DNA of 64,000 nt, taken from contig CAYYPI010000001.1 in NCBI GenBank assembly GCA_964473565.1, positions 124,935 through 188,934 of the forward strand. Direction: 5' to 3'. The notes beneath the pieces were generated by a model. It searched no databases. It had not been told where the DNA came from and saw only the letters and a program-made list of their open reading frames with translations. Below, in pieces: positions 37,314 through 47,225 of this stretch (positions are counted from its first letter, which is position 1; each line of letters opens with the position of its first letter). Both the position numbers and the translations under genes were made by a program. The DNA is from an uncultured Gammaproteobacteria bacterium (GTDB lineage: Bacteria > Patescibacteriota > Patescibacteriia > Patescibacteriales > UBA12465).

Positions 37314-39335
37314 ATGAAATTAGACAAACTATTTAAACCACAAAGCGTTGCTATTATAGGAGCCTCCAATAATAAAGAGAAATTGGGTTGGCAGATTTTA
37401 AATAACCTAAAAAGCTCAGGTTATAAGGGTAAAATCTTTCCAATTAATTTAAAGGCTAATAGAATCTTAAAAGAAAAAGCTTATTCTAGCATCTTAGAAA
37501 TTGAGGATAAAATAGATTTAGTTTTAATTGTAATTCCAGCTAAATATGTAGAAGAGGAGGTTAAAAAATGTGCTCAGAAAGGTGTTAAAAATATTATCAT
37601 TATTAGTGCCGGTTTTAAAGAAGATGGTCAAGAAGGTAAAGATAGAGAAAAAAGGATTGTAGAAATAGCTAAAGAGAATAATATTAAAATATTAGGACCA
37701 AATTGTTTAGGTATTATTAATAATAATATTAATTTAAACCTGAGTTTTAGCGCTTTCTCTGCTAAGAAAAAAGAAAAAAAATCTAAAAGTAGAGTTGCCT
37801 GCGTTTCTCAATCTGGAGCTATAGGTAGTGCTATGCTTGATTGGTTTGATGATAAGAATTTGCACTTAGATATCTTTGTTAGTTTAGGTAATCAGGCCAT
37901 AATAAAAGAAAGCCAGATTCTTGATTATTTAGCTAGTGATAAAGATATAGATTTAGTTGTATTATATTTAGAAGAAATAAGTTCCGGTGCAGATATTATG
38001 GCTAGCTTAAGTAAATTAAGTCAGAAAAAGCCTTGTTTAGTAATAAAGTCTGGTCGCAGTCAGGATAGTTCTAAGATGGCTCTTAGTCATACTGGAAGTT
38101 TAGCTGGTTCATGGCAGGCATCTAAAACTGCCTTGGAAAGAGGCGGTGCTATATTATTAGATAATCTAGATCAGCTTTTTAGCCTTTTAAATTTATGGTT
38201 ATCTCTTTTAAATAAAGATTATGAACAAATATTAAAAGAAGCAAGACTTTATTTTGTTTCTAATGCTGGTGGAGCGCTAGTTATGGCCCTAGATAGTTTA
38301 AGTGAAAATAATCTTAAACTAGGAGCAGAGCCTTTAGATATTTTAGGTGATGCTAGTGCAGATAAATATAAGAAAGCTTTACAGGGTTTCTTGGATAAAA
38401 AAGAGTCAAAGCTTTTAATTTCTATATTAACCCCGCAGAGCTCTACTGAAATAGAAGCTACCGCTAAAAATATACTCAGACTTAATAAGAAGTATAAAAA
38501 TAAAATAATCATACCTGTCTTTATTGGTGGAACCAGTCTAGAAGTTGCTAGAGAAATCTTTGCTAGTAATAATATGGCAACTTATAAAACTTTAGAGCCT
38601 TTAGTTTTTTCTTTGCTTAAGTTCTCAAATTATTTTAGCAGTAAAGATAAGATAAGATTATATAAAAAAACTGAAGGCAGGAATAATAAAACTAAGAAAA
38701 TTTTAGAATCATCAAGTAAAATTTTAGATTATTTAAAATCATTTGAGCTATTAAAGCATTATGATATTGATGTGCTTAAAACAGAAAAAGTAGAAAACAA
38801 TATAGATAAAATTAAAGCTTCCCAGTTTCCTGTGGTTTTAAAAGCAGTAGGTCCTAGTTTTAATCATAAAACTGACAAGCAAGCTGTTATAACTAATATT
38901 GAAAATAAAGCTGAGTTAAATACTTATAGAAATAAATTAAAAAAACAACTTAAAGCAGAAGATTATTTAATTTATCAGCCTCAAATAAAAGATTCTTTAG
39001 AGTTAATACTTGGTTTTAAAAGAGAGAAAAATTTAGGAGCGCTAATTATGATAGGTTGGGGAGGTGTAAATGCTGAAGTAATTAAAGATATAGTTTATAG
39101 CGCTGATGATCTAAGTTTTTCTGAGGCTAAAAATGTCATTAAAAAATTAAAAATATATCAATTACTTTCTGGTCATAGAGGCAGAGAAGTCTATGATTTA
39201 AACTCTTTAGCTAAAGCGCTACAACAAGTAGCTAAATTAGCTAAAGAAAATCCAGATATCAAAGAGCTAGATATCAATCCTTTATTTGTTCAAAAAAATA
39301 AAGTTAAGGCTGGAGATGTAAGGGTAATTACTTGA
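37314..39335 (+). CDS. ADP-forming acetyl-CoA synthetase (fused CoA-binding/ligase and ATP-grasp domains)
   Basis: KPQSVAIIGASNNKEKLGWQIL (CoA-binding), GPNCLGIIN, SQSGAIGSA, ALSHTGSLAGS (phosphohistidine loop), and a C-terminal ATP-grasp-like half. 673 aa. Confidence 0.75.
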   Translation: MKLDKLFKPQSVAIIGASNNKEKLGWQILNNLKSSGYKGKIFPINLKANRILKEKAYSSILEIEDKIDLVLIVIPAKYVEEEVKKCAQKGVKNIIIISAGFKEDGQEGKDREKRIVEIAKENNIKILGPNCLGIINNNINLNLSFSAFSAKKKEKKSKSRVACVSQSGAIGSAMLDWFDDKNLHLDIFVSLGNQAIIKESQILDYLASDKDIDLVVLYLEEISSGADIMASLSKLSQKKPCLVIKSGRSQDSSKMALSHTGSLAGSWQASKTALERGGAILLDNLDQLFSLLNLWLSLLNKDYEQILKEARLYFVSNAGGALVMALDSLSENNLKLGAEPLDILGDASADKYKKALQGFLDKKESKLLISILTPQSSTEIEATAKNILRLNKKYKNKIIIPVFIGGTSLEVAREIFASNNMATYKTLEPLVFSLLKFSNYFSSKDKIRLYKKTEGRNNKTKKILESSSKILDYLKSFELLKHYDIDVLKTEKVENNIDKIKASQFPVVLKAVGPSFNHKTDKQAVITNIENKAELNTYRNKLKKQLKAEDYLIYQPQIKDSLELILGFKREKNLGALIMIGWGGVNAEVIKDIVYSADDLSFSEAKNVIKKLKIYQLLSGHRGREVYDLNSLAKALQQVAKLAKENPDIKELDINPLFVQKNKVKAGDVRVIT

Positions 39336-39336
39336 A

Positions 39337-40974
39337 ATGCTTAAAAGAATATTTTCCAAATCCACTAAGACTATTAGTGCGGCAGCTATATTGGTAGCCT
39401 CTTTTTCTGTGCTATCTAGGTTTTTAGGTATAATTAGAGATAAAATTTTGGCTAGCGAGTTTGGTGCTGGTGTGATTTTAGATGCTTATTATGCTGCCTT
39501 TAGAGTGCCTGATTTACTTTTTAATTTAATTGTTTTAGGAGCATTATCTGCAGGATTTATTCCAGTTTTTACCAAATACATTAATGATTTTTCTTTAAGT
39601 GGTAAAAACAGTAGAGAGAAAAATAGAGAAGCCTGGCTTTTAAGTAGCTATGTCTTAAATTTATTAATGATATCTTTAGTAGCAATATCAATACTAGGTA
39701 TGATATTTGCTAATTACTTAGTTGATGTTTTAGTTCCTGGTTTTGGCCCTGAGCAAAGAGAGTTAACGGTTACTTTAACTAGAATAATGTTTCTATCACC
39801 AATATTTTTAGGAATTTCAAGTGTCTTGTCTGGGGTTCTGCAGTCGTATAAGCGCTTTTTTGCATATTCTTTAGCTCCGATACTATATAATTTAGGTATA
39901 ATATTAGGTGCAGTATATTTTTCTAAAGTTTTAGGTCCAGTTGGTTTAGCCTGGGGTGTAATCTTGGGTGCATTTTTACATATGATAATACAAGTTCCTT
40001 CAGCTTTAATTTCAGGATTTACTTGGCAACTAAGAATTGATTTTCAAAATAGTGGACTAAGGAAAATATTAAAAATGATGATTCCTAGAACCTTAACTTT
40101 AGCTATTAGCCAAATTAATCTATTGGTTGTAACTATTATTTCATCTACTCTTATTGCAGGATCATTAACAGTATTTAATTTTGCTAATAATCTTCAGTCC
40201 TTTCCTTTAGGTGTTTTTGGTGTTTCTTTTGCTATTGCTGCTTTTCCTACTCTTTCTCGATTATCAGGACAGAATGAGAAAATAAAGAAAGTCTTTAACA
40301 AAACCTTTAAGCAAATATTATTTTTCATTATTCCTTCCACTGTTTTACTTATTACCTTAAGAGCTCAAATTATTCGTGTCATACTTGGCTCAGGTAAGTT
40401 TGATTGGCAGGATACTGTTTTAACCATTGATACCTTAGGTTTTTTTGCTCTAAGTTTATTTGCTCAAGCTACCTTGCCACTAATGGTGAGAATGTTCTAT
40501 GCTCGTCATGATTCTAAAACTCCCTTTTATGTTGGTTTAATTGCAGTGGTAGTAAACGTTTTTCTTTCATTTTATTTAGCAGCTATTATGGGTGTGGCAG
40601 GTTTAGCATTATCATTTTCAATCTCCATGATACTTAACTTCTTTTTACTCTGGATATCTTTGCGTGTTAAGTTGGGTTCATTTAATGAGATGAATATATT
40701 AACAGCTATTTTAAAGTTTTCCATTGCTGCTATCTTAGCAGGTTTGGCTGTACAGATATCTAAGATAGTGATTTGGTTTTTTGTAGACATGACTACATTC
40801 TGGGGGGTCTTTACGCAAGGGCTAGGAGCTGGTATCCTAGGTATAATAGTCTATTTAGGAATAAGTTATTTACTTAAAGTTGAAGAAATTAATATACTTT
40901 TGAAAAGTTCAAATAAACGTATAAAAAAAGAAGATTTAGAAATTGAAAATACTGATCAAAATCAGCAATTTTAA
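39337..40974 (+). CDS. murJ: Lipid II flippase MurJ/MviN
   Basis: SRFLGIIRDKILASEFGAGVILDAYYAAFRVPDLLFNL plus about 14 predicted TM segments. 545 aa. Confidence 0.85.
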   Translation: MLKRIFSKSTKTISAAAILVASFSVLSRFLGIIRDKILASEFGAGVILDAYYAAFRVPDLLFNLIVLGALSAGFIPVFTKYINDFSLSGKNSREKNREAWLLSSYVLNLLMISLVAISILGMIFANYLVDVLVPGFGPEQRELTVTLTRIMFLSPIFLGISSVLSGVLQSYKRFFAYSLAPILYNLGIILGAVYFSKVLGPVGLAWGVILGAFLHMIIQVPSALISGFTWQLRIDFQNSGLRKILKMMIPRTLTLAISQINLLVVTIISSTLIAGSLTVFNFANNLQSFPLGVFGVSFAIAAFPTLSRLSGQNEKIKKVFNKTFKQILFFIIPSTVLLITLRAQIIRVILGSGKFDWQDTVLTIDTLGFFALSLFAQATLPLMVRMFYARHDSKTPFYVGLIAVVVNVFLSFYLAAIMGVAGLALSFSISMILNFFLLWISLRVKLGSFNEMNILTAILKFSIAAILAGLAVQISKIVIWFFVDMTTFWGVFTQGLGAGILGIIVYLGISYLLKVEEINILLKSSNKRIKKEDLEIENTDQNQQF

Positions 40975-40981
40975 TAATTAT

Positions 40982-42790
40982 ATGAAATACAATGTAGATA
41001 AAACAAGAAATTTTTGCATTATTGCCCATATTGACCATGGCAAGTCTACTTTAGCTGATAGAATGCTAGAGTTAACCAAAACCGTAGAAGACAGGAATAT
41101 GAAAGCACAGCTTTTAGATGGTATGGATTTAGAAAGAGAAAGGGGAATAACAATAAAATTGCAACCTGTGACCATGGATTACAGAGAGCATCGTTTAAAT
41201 TTAATTGATACCCCTGGTCATGTTGATTTTGGCTACGAAGTGTCCAGGTCTTTAGCAGCAGTTGAAACTGCTGTACTTTTAGTTGATGCTACCCAAGGTA
41301 TACAGGCTCAGACTTTAGCGAACTTATATTTAGCTTTAGATCAAAATCTTAATATTATTCCAGTCATAAACAAAGTTGATTTACCAGCTGCTAACTTAGA
41401 AAAAAGTAAAGAGGAGTTGATGGATCTTTTGGGCTGTAAAGAAGAAGAAATAATATATGCCTCTGGTAAAACTGGCAAGGGTGTTAAGGATATTTTAGAT
41501 AATATTGTTGATAAAGGAGAAAGACCTTCAGCAGGAGAGAAGGATTATGCTAGAGCTCTTATATTTGATTCTAATTATGATAAATATAGAGGCGTGGTAG
41601 CATACGTTAGAGTTACTGACGGTGAATTCAATAAAGGTGATAAAATAAAATTGATAGCTAGTGAATCAGAAAGTGAGATTTTGGATATAGGAATCTTTAA
41701 ACCACAATACTTATCTACTGACAGTCTTCAAACTGGTAGCATTGGTTATATTGTCACAGGCTTTAAAGAGGTGAGTCAATCTAAAGTTGGTGATACTATT
41801 TGTTTAGAGAAGAATAAAGATGTAAAGCCTTTACCTGGTTATCAAGAAGTAAAGCCAATGGTCTTTGCTGGTATATTTCCCAAAGAAGGTGATGATTGGG
41901 AAAAGTTAAAAGAGGCTGTAGAAAAGTTAAAATTAAATGATGCTTCTTTATCATATGAAACTGAAAGATCAGAAGCTCTGGGCTTTGGACTTCGTTGTGG
42001 TTTTTTGGGATTACTGCATTTAGAGATTTTTCAAGAAAGACTTAGAAGAGAATATAATCTAGATATCATCGTTACTGTTCCTAGCGTTGCTTATAAGGTA
42101 CACACTACAGATGCTAAGCAAGAGATTATACGTACACCACAAAGAATGCCAAGAGTAGATAGAATCGAAAAGATAGAAGAGCCTTGGGTAAGACTAGATA
42201 TTATTACTCCCCAAGATTATATTGGCGCTATTATGCAATTAGCACAAGAAAAAAAAGGAGTATATGTTAATACTGAGTATATTAATGCTAGTAAAAGTGA
42301 AACTGACAAAAGGGCAATTATTCATTATCAGTTACCACTAGCAGCAATATTAACAGATTTCTATGACAAAATTAAAAGTGTAAGCTCTGGCTATGCCTCA
42401 ATTAATTATGATTACCTAGGATATAAAGAGGCTGATGTGGTAAAAATGGATATTTTAGTAGCTGAAGAACCAATTGAATCTTTATCATTAATGGTTTATC
42501 GTGATGAAGCTTTTCATCAAGGCAAACAGATTGTAAAGATTTTAAAAGATACTTTACCTAGACAGATGTTTGTGGTAAAGTTACAAGCTGCTATTGGTTC
42601 TAAAATTGTTGCTGCTGAAAGACTTCCTGCTATGAGAAAAGATGTTACCGCTAAACTCTATGGTGGTGATGTTAGTAGAAAAAGAAAACTACTAGAAAAA
42701 CAAAAGAAGGGAAAGAAGAAGATGGAAGCAGGTGGTAGGGGTTCTGTAGATATTCCTTCTGAAACATTTGTTAAAATATTAAAAAGATAA
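40982..42790 (+). CDS. lepA: Elongation factor 4 (LepA)
   Basis: RNFCIIAHIDHGKSTLADR, DTPGHVDF, NKVDL, and the C-terminal LepA domain ...KLYGGDVSRKRKLLEKQKKGKKKM. I chose the ATG at 40982 over 40943, which overlaps murJ. Confidence 0.95.
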   Translation: MKYNVDKTRNFCIIAHIDHGKSTLADRMLELTKTVEDRNMKAQLLDGMDLERERGITIKLQPVTMDYREHRLNLIDTPGHVDFGYEVSRSLAAVETAVLLVDATQGIQAQTLANLYLALDQNLNIIPVINKVDLPAANLEKSKEELMDLLGCKEEEIIYASGKTGKGVKDILDNIVDKGERPSAGEKDYARALIFDSNYDKYRGVVAYVRVTDGEFNKGDKIKLIASESESEILDIGIFKPQYLSTDSLQTGSIGYIVTGFKEVSQSKVGDTICLEKNKDVKPLPGYQEVKPMVFAGIFPKEGDDWEKLKEAVEKLKLNDASLSYETERSEALGFGLRCGFLGLLHLEIFQERLRREYNLDIIVTVPSVAYKVHTTDAKQEIIRTPQRMPRVDRIEKIEEPWVRLDIITPQDYIGAIMQLAQEKKGVYVNTEYINASKSETDKRAIIHYQLPLAAILTDFYDKIKSVSSGYASINYDYLGYKEADVVKMDILVAEEPIESLSLMVYRDEAFHQGKQIVKILKDTLPRQMFVVKLQAAIGSKIVAAERLPAMRKDVTAKLYGGDVSRKRKLLEKQKKGKKKMEAGGRGSVDIPSETFVKILKR

Positions 42791-42791
42791 T

Positions 42792-42899
42792 ATGAGAAAA
42801 AAACACAAGAAAGTGATAAGTAAAATTCTTTGGCTTCTAATTTCACTAATGGTTATCTTTTCTATGGTAGCCTGGACTTTAGGACCAAGTGCATACTAA
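42792..42899 (+). CDS. Candidate 35-aa single-TM micro-protein (MRKKHKKVISKILWLLISLMVIFSMVAWTLGPSAY)
   Basis: Found by hand; it is below the track's length cut-off. It starts 1 nt after the lepA stop, with a basic N-terminus followed by one hydrophobic helix. Confidence 0.4.
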   Translation: MRKKHKKVISKILWLLISLMVIFSMVAWTLGPSAY

Positions 42900-42933
42900 C
42901 ACTAAAGAAAGTCATTTTAAAAGAAACTTAGAC

Positions 42934-44688
42934 ATGATTATGAATAAACGTTGGCAAGTAGCGAATTTAATTTCTCAAGATATAATCAAAAGACAGCCTG
43001 ATATTAATCCGGTAGTTTTGCAAATCCTATACAATAGAGGTATAGAAGAATCAGAGTATAATTATTTTTTAAATCCACAGAAACAAGAACTGTTTGATCC
43101 TTTTTTATTTTCTGATATGGATAAGGCGGTAGGTGTAATTATTAAAAATATTAAAGCTCAGAAGAAAATATTAATATATGGTGATTATGATGCTGATGGT
43201 ATAACTTCAACAGCTGTGATGTATGAAGTATTAAAAACATTACATGCACAAGTTGAAATATATATTCCAGATAGAGTTAGTGAAGGTTATGGTTTAAATA
43301 AAAAAGCAATAGAGTCCTTTGTTGAAAAAGGTATTGATCTATTAATTACAGTTGATAATGGCATTAGAAATAAAGAAGAGGTTAGTTTTGCGCAGTCACT
43401 AGGCTTAGAGGTAGTAGTTACTGATCACCATGTTTTCCCACTTGAAAAAGAGGAGTGGCCAGGAACTTTAATCATTAACCCTTCTCACCCAGAGGATAAT
43501 TATCCATATAAAAAATTAGCAGGTGTGGGGGTGGCATATAAACTAGCCACTGCTTTAATATCTAAATCAACTTTAAAACAAAGTGACAAGGATAGACTTT
43601 TGGAAAAAGAGTTAGACTTAGTGGCACTTGGCACTATAGCTGACTTAGTTCCTTTAACTGGAGAAAATAGAGTTTTGGTACATAAAGGCTTGAAAGTTAT
43701 TAATCATAGTTTAAGCTTTTTTAAAAAAGGTAGAGCAGGGCTCAGACAACTTATTAGACAATCTAATCTAAAACAGGACAAAGACTTAGAGTCTTGGAAT
43801 ATAGCTTTTCAACTTGCTCCCAGGTTAAATGCTGCTAGTCGCTTGAAGCATGCTAACACTGCTTTTGATCTTTTAACTAAAACCAATAAAACAGAAGTTA
43901 GAAATTTAGCTCAAGAGTTAGATGAACGCAACCAAAAAAGACAAATGATAACTGAAAAAATATACAATGAAGCTCGGCAACAAGTTAATAAGTATGGTGA
44001 CAAAAAACAAGCCTTAGTAGCGCTTTGTAATGAAAAGCAATCGTGGAATGAAGGAGTTATTGGTTTAGTGGCTGGCAAGATTAGTGATAAATACTATCGT
44101 CCTACTTTAGTAATTACTAGAATTCAGGAAGAAGATGGAACCTATACTTTCAAAGCTTCAGGTAGATCTATAGCAGAGTTTAATTTAATGGAGGCCTTAG
44201 AATCTTTAACAGAGTATTTAGATAAATATGGTGGTCACCCTTTAGCTTGTGGTTTTAGTATTTATAGTGAAGAGAAGTTAGATAAATTTATTAATAAATT
44301 CATTGAATTTTCTCAAGAGAAATTAAAGAACAAAGAATTAGTTCCTAGTATATATATTGATTTGGAGCTTGATATTAAAAGTTGGAATTTAGACATGTTG
44401 GAAGAAATAAACAAATTAAGACCTTTCGGGCAAAATAATCCTGAACCACTTTTTTTAAGTAAAGGTGTAAGTATAAGTGAAATAGTAAGCATGGGTGCAA
44501 GTAATCAGCATATTAAATTTAAACTTCATGATTTTTGGGCACTAGCCTTTGGACAAACTGAACGTTATCAGGATTTAAAAATAAATGATAAAATTGATCT
44601 TGTTTATACAGTAGAGCTTAATAATTTTAATAACAAAAAAACAGTACAATTTAAGATAGTTGATCTTAAGAAGAGTGAAGACAAATAA
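42934..44688 (+). CDS. recJ: Single-stranded-DNA-specific exonuclease RecJ
   Basis: DHH motifs: ILIYGDYDADGITS, ITVDNG, VVTDHH, then the DHHA1 region GGHPLACGF. The start could be 42889, 42934 or 42940. Confidence 0.9.
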   Translation: MIMNKRWQVANLISQDIIKRQPDINPVVLQILYNRGIEESEYNYFLNPQKQELFDPFLFSDMDKAVGVIIKNIKAQKKILIYGDYDADGITSTAVMYEVLKTLHAQVEIYIPDRVSEGYGLNKKAIESFVEKGIDLLITVDNGIRNKEEVSFAQSLGLEVVVTDHHVFPLEKEEWPGTLIINPSHPEDNYPYKKLAGVGVAYKLATALISKSTLKQSDKDRLLEKELDLVALGTIADLVPLTGENRVLVHKGLKVINHSLSFFKKGRAGLRQLIRQSNLKQDKDLESWNIAFQLAPRLNAASRLKHANTAFDLLTKTNKTEVRNLAQELDERNQKRQMITEKIYNEARQQVNKYGDKKQALVALCNEKQSWNEGVIGLVAGKISDKYYRPTLVITRIQEEDGTYTFKASGRSIAEFNLMEALESLTEYLDKYGGHPLACGFSIYSEEKLDKFINKFIEFSQEKLKNKELVPSIYIDLELDIKSWNLDMLEEINKLRPFGQNNPEPLFLSKGVSISEIVSMGASNQHIKFKLHDFWALAFGQTERYQDLKINDKIDLVYTVELNNFNNKKTVQFKIVDLKKSEDK

Positions 44689-44725
44689 TTATATAATGAT
44701 AATAATATAAATAAGATAAAAAAAT

Positions 44726-45151
44726 ATGAATACTGAAAAATTAATAATATATTGTGATGGTGGTTCTAGGGGTAATCCAGGTCCAGCTGGATTAGGTGTT
44801 GTTATTTATGATGAAGATAAAAATAAACTGTTTGAAATTTCAGAGTTTTTAGGTGTAACTACTAATAATCAGGCAGAATACAGAGGAGTACTTCAAGCTA
44901 TTAAAAAAGCTAAAGAGCTAAAAGCTAAAGATTTAGTTTTTTATTTAGATAGTGAATTAATTGTCAAACAAATGAATGGTCAGTATAGAGTAAAAAACAA
45001 AGATCTTCTACCAATATATATGGAAATCAGAAAGCATATTTTAGAATTTCAGAATGTAGAGTTTAATCATGTAAGAAGAGAATATAATAAGGAGGCTGAT
45101 GCTTTAGCTAATATGGCTATGGATGAACACTCTTCTAAGAAAAGAAGATAG
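44726..45151 (+). CDS. rnhA: Ribonuclease H (type 1 family)
   Basis: IYCDGGSRGNPGPAGLGVVIY, NNQAEYRGVLQAI, YLDSELIVKQMNGQYRVKN, EYNKEADALAN (DEDD residues). Confidence 0.85.
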   Translation: MNTEKLIIYCDGGSRGNPGPAGLGVVIYDEDKNKLFEISEFLGVTTNNQAEYRGVLQAIKKAKELKAKDLVFYLDSELIVKQMNGQYRVKNKDLLPIYMEIRKHILEFQNVEFNHVRREYNKEADALANMAMDEHSSKKRR

Positions 45152-45183
45152 TTCTTTAAGTTTATTCTAATTAGATATTAATA

Positions 45184-45212
45184 AAAAACAGACTTATTTA
45201 AAGTCTGTTTTT
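45184..45212. terminator. Bidirectional rho-independent terminator between convergent rnhA and porB
   Basis: A perfect 11-bp stem AAAAACAGACT/AGTCTGTTTTT with a 7-nt loop. It has an A-run on one side and a T-run on the other, so it can work in both orientations. Confidence 0.75.
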
Positions 45213-45258
45213 ATGTATATAACTTTTGTGTAATTAAAATTTAGCTATCAAGCCCAAT

Positions 45259-46149
45259 CTATAATTCATAATTTTTAATATTAATATCTGCTAGAGCTTG
45301 TATTTCTTTTATACTTTCTTTACCTTTAGCGCTTTTAAAAAGATGGGAAAATCTTCCTTGTAGTTTTAAATATTCATCTACTTTTATTTTCTTTTCAGGA
45401 ACTTTTGATTTAGATGATAGTTTTCCATTTGTATATTCAAGCAAAGGATATAGTCCTGTCTTAGCAGCTAGTTGTCCTAAAAGCACTGCTTGGTTTGATT
45501 GAACCTTCCAACCAGGAATACAAGGGGCAAGTATTTGAATATAACTTGGACCCTTGGTGTTAAGAGCCTTTTTAACTTTTTTAGTTATATCTTGAGGATA
45601 GCCAGCACTAGTTTGAGCTATATAAGGTAAGCCATGAGCTAAGGCAATTGCTATCATGTCTTTTTTCTTTTGTTTTGATCCTAGGCTATCGCTGCCTGCA
45701 GGGGTAGTAGTAGTGCTAGAGCTTAGCGGGGTAGCACTTGAAGCTTGTATGCCGGTATTAGAATATGCTTCAGTGTCATAAACTATATAAACTATATCTT
45801 CAAATCTTTCCCACATACCACTAATTAAGCCAAAACCTATATCAAAAGTTCCACCATCACCTGCTTGCACTATAACTTTAGTGTGTTTATTTTTCTTTTT
45901 ATTTAAACTAGCTTTAATGCCAGAAGCTACAGCTGAAGGATTTTCAAATAGTGAATGAATCCAAGGTACACCCCAAGAACTTTCGGGGTAGGGTGTGGTG
46001 GTTACTTCTAGGCAACCTGTGGCATTAGCAATAATTACATCTTTAGTCATAGCTCTAGTAGCTGCCATGGCTGCTATTAATTGGCCACAGCCAGCACAAG
46101 CACGATGACCTGAGTTTAATATACCTTTATTATTTTCTATTTTATTCAT
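45259..46149 (-). CDS. porB: 2-oxoacid (pyruvate-type):ferredoxin oxidoreductase beta subunit (TPP-binding)
   Basis: GHRACAGCGQLIA, VQAGDGGTFDIGF (the TPP GDG motif), YDTEAYSNTG. 296 aa. Confidence 0.85.
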   Translation of the reverse strand: MNKIENNKGILNSGHRACAGCGQLIAAMAATRAMTKDVIIANATGCLEVTTTPYPESSWGVPWIHSLFENPSAVASGIKASLNKKKNKHTKVIVQAGDGGTFDIGFGLISGMWERFEDIVYIVYDTEAYSNTGIQASSATPLSSSTTTTPAGSDSLGSKQKKKDMIAIALAHGLPYIAQTSAGYPQDITKKVKKALNTKGPSYIQILAPCIPGWKVQSNQAVLLGQLAAKTGLYPLLEYTNGKLSSKSKVPEKKIKVDEYLKLQGRFSHLFKSAKGKESIKEIQALADINIKNYEL

Positions 46150-46194
46150 AAATTTCTTCTAGTTAAAAATCAACAGAACTTAGTTTGTTTCTAA

Positions 46195-47220
46195 TTAATG
46201 CAAGTAAACACTAAAGTGGGGTGCAGTGATTGCATCTAATTCTATACACTCTACCCCTAAATCTCTATAGGCAGCACAACCTGATTTTCTTTCATAAACT
46301 GGTCTTAGCCCTTGTCTTTTAAGAGCATCGTGAATTGCTTTTATATTTTCAGGTGTAGCTTCTTTATTAATAATATTAGCATCTACGCAGGTACCATTGT
46401 AGTGACACTCTGCTTGGTGCTTATAGGTAGGTGGAAAAGCTTCGGTAACTCGCCAAGTGCTAACATCTCCATATGCATTTTCTAGTTTTTCAGCTAAACT
46501 CATATCAGCGAAACAATTAGCTCCAGGTTTACATGGCACATCTAACAATTCACAATTATCACACCCTCTAGTTACTTCTTGTTTTGCTGATTTTGGAGCA
46601 CATATTTTATAATTTCCTTCTTCACTATCTACTGCATACCAACCAGGATAAAATGTGTATTTATCCTCATCTTTACTTTCACAATGTTCTTCATTTGTTT
46701 CAAAAGCGCTTTTAACGTCTCCGTGTGAAAATGAGCAACAGCCATCAATATCTTTACTATATTGTTCAGCACCAATATAGATAGTTTCTATTGGTTTAAA
46801 ATTTAACAAAGAAGGGTTAATTATCTCTGCTACAGTATAAGTTCCAAGTAATAAGACAAGACCAATTATAGAGCTACTAATCATAGACTTAGCTGTAGAA
46901 ACTTTATCTGTAGCGCCCCCTGAAGTTAACCAAATTAGACCGCCAGCTACTATCATAGCTAGGGCTAAAAAGGCAGCAACACCAATTCCGTATTCATATA
47001 TCGCTTTTATATATCTAGGCAGTAGAGTGCTAAATATCTTTGTAGCCTCATCATTATATTCACCTACTGGAATAGGCGCTTCACTAAATTCACTACCAGG
47101 AATAGGCACTTGGGGTGTAAACTCTAAACTTTTATTATCTTGAGCTAAAGTACTAGGAATAAATACCTGTAAGCTTAAAGCAAGGATTGTAATTACCAGT
47201 ATTATTTTAAGTTTTTTCAT
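46195..47220 (-). CDS. Secreted VirB2/TrbC-like pilin-type module fused to a Cys-rich C-terminal domain with a LAS/M15-like H-x6-D...H signature
   Basis: Signal peptide (MKKLKIILVITILALSLQVFIPSTLAQD), two hydrophobic helices split by a short polar loop (GIGVAAFLALAMIVAGGLIWLTS - GGATDKVSTAK - SIIGLVLLLGTYTVAEIINPSL), then a 190-aa domain with 14 Cys that includes ECHYNGTCVD and APHFSV. Confidence 0.6.
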   Translation of the reverse strand: MKKLKIILVITILALSLQVFIPSTLAQDNKSLEFTPQVPIPGSEFSEAPIPVGEYNDEATKIFSTLLPRYIKAIYEYGIGVAAFLALAMIVAGGLIWLTSGGATDKVSTAKSMISSSIIGLVLLLGTYTVAEIINPSLLNFKPIETIYIGAEQYSKDIDGCCSFSHGDVKSAFETNEEHCESKDEDKYTFYPGWYAVDSEEGNYKICAPKSAKQEVTRGCDNCELLDVPCKPGANCFADMSLAEKLENAYGDVSTWRVTEAFPPTYKHQAECHYNGTCVDANIINKEATPENIKAIHDALKRQGLRPVYERKSGCAAYRDLGVECIELDAITAPHFSVYLH

Positions 47221-47225
47221 AATTT

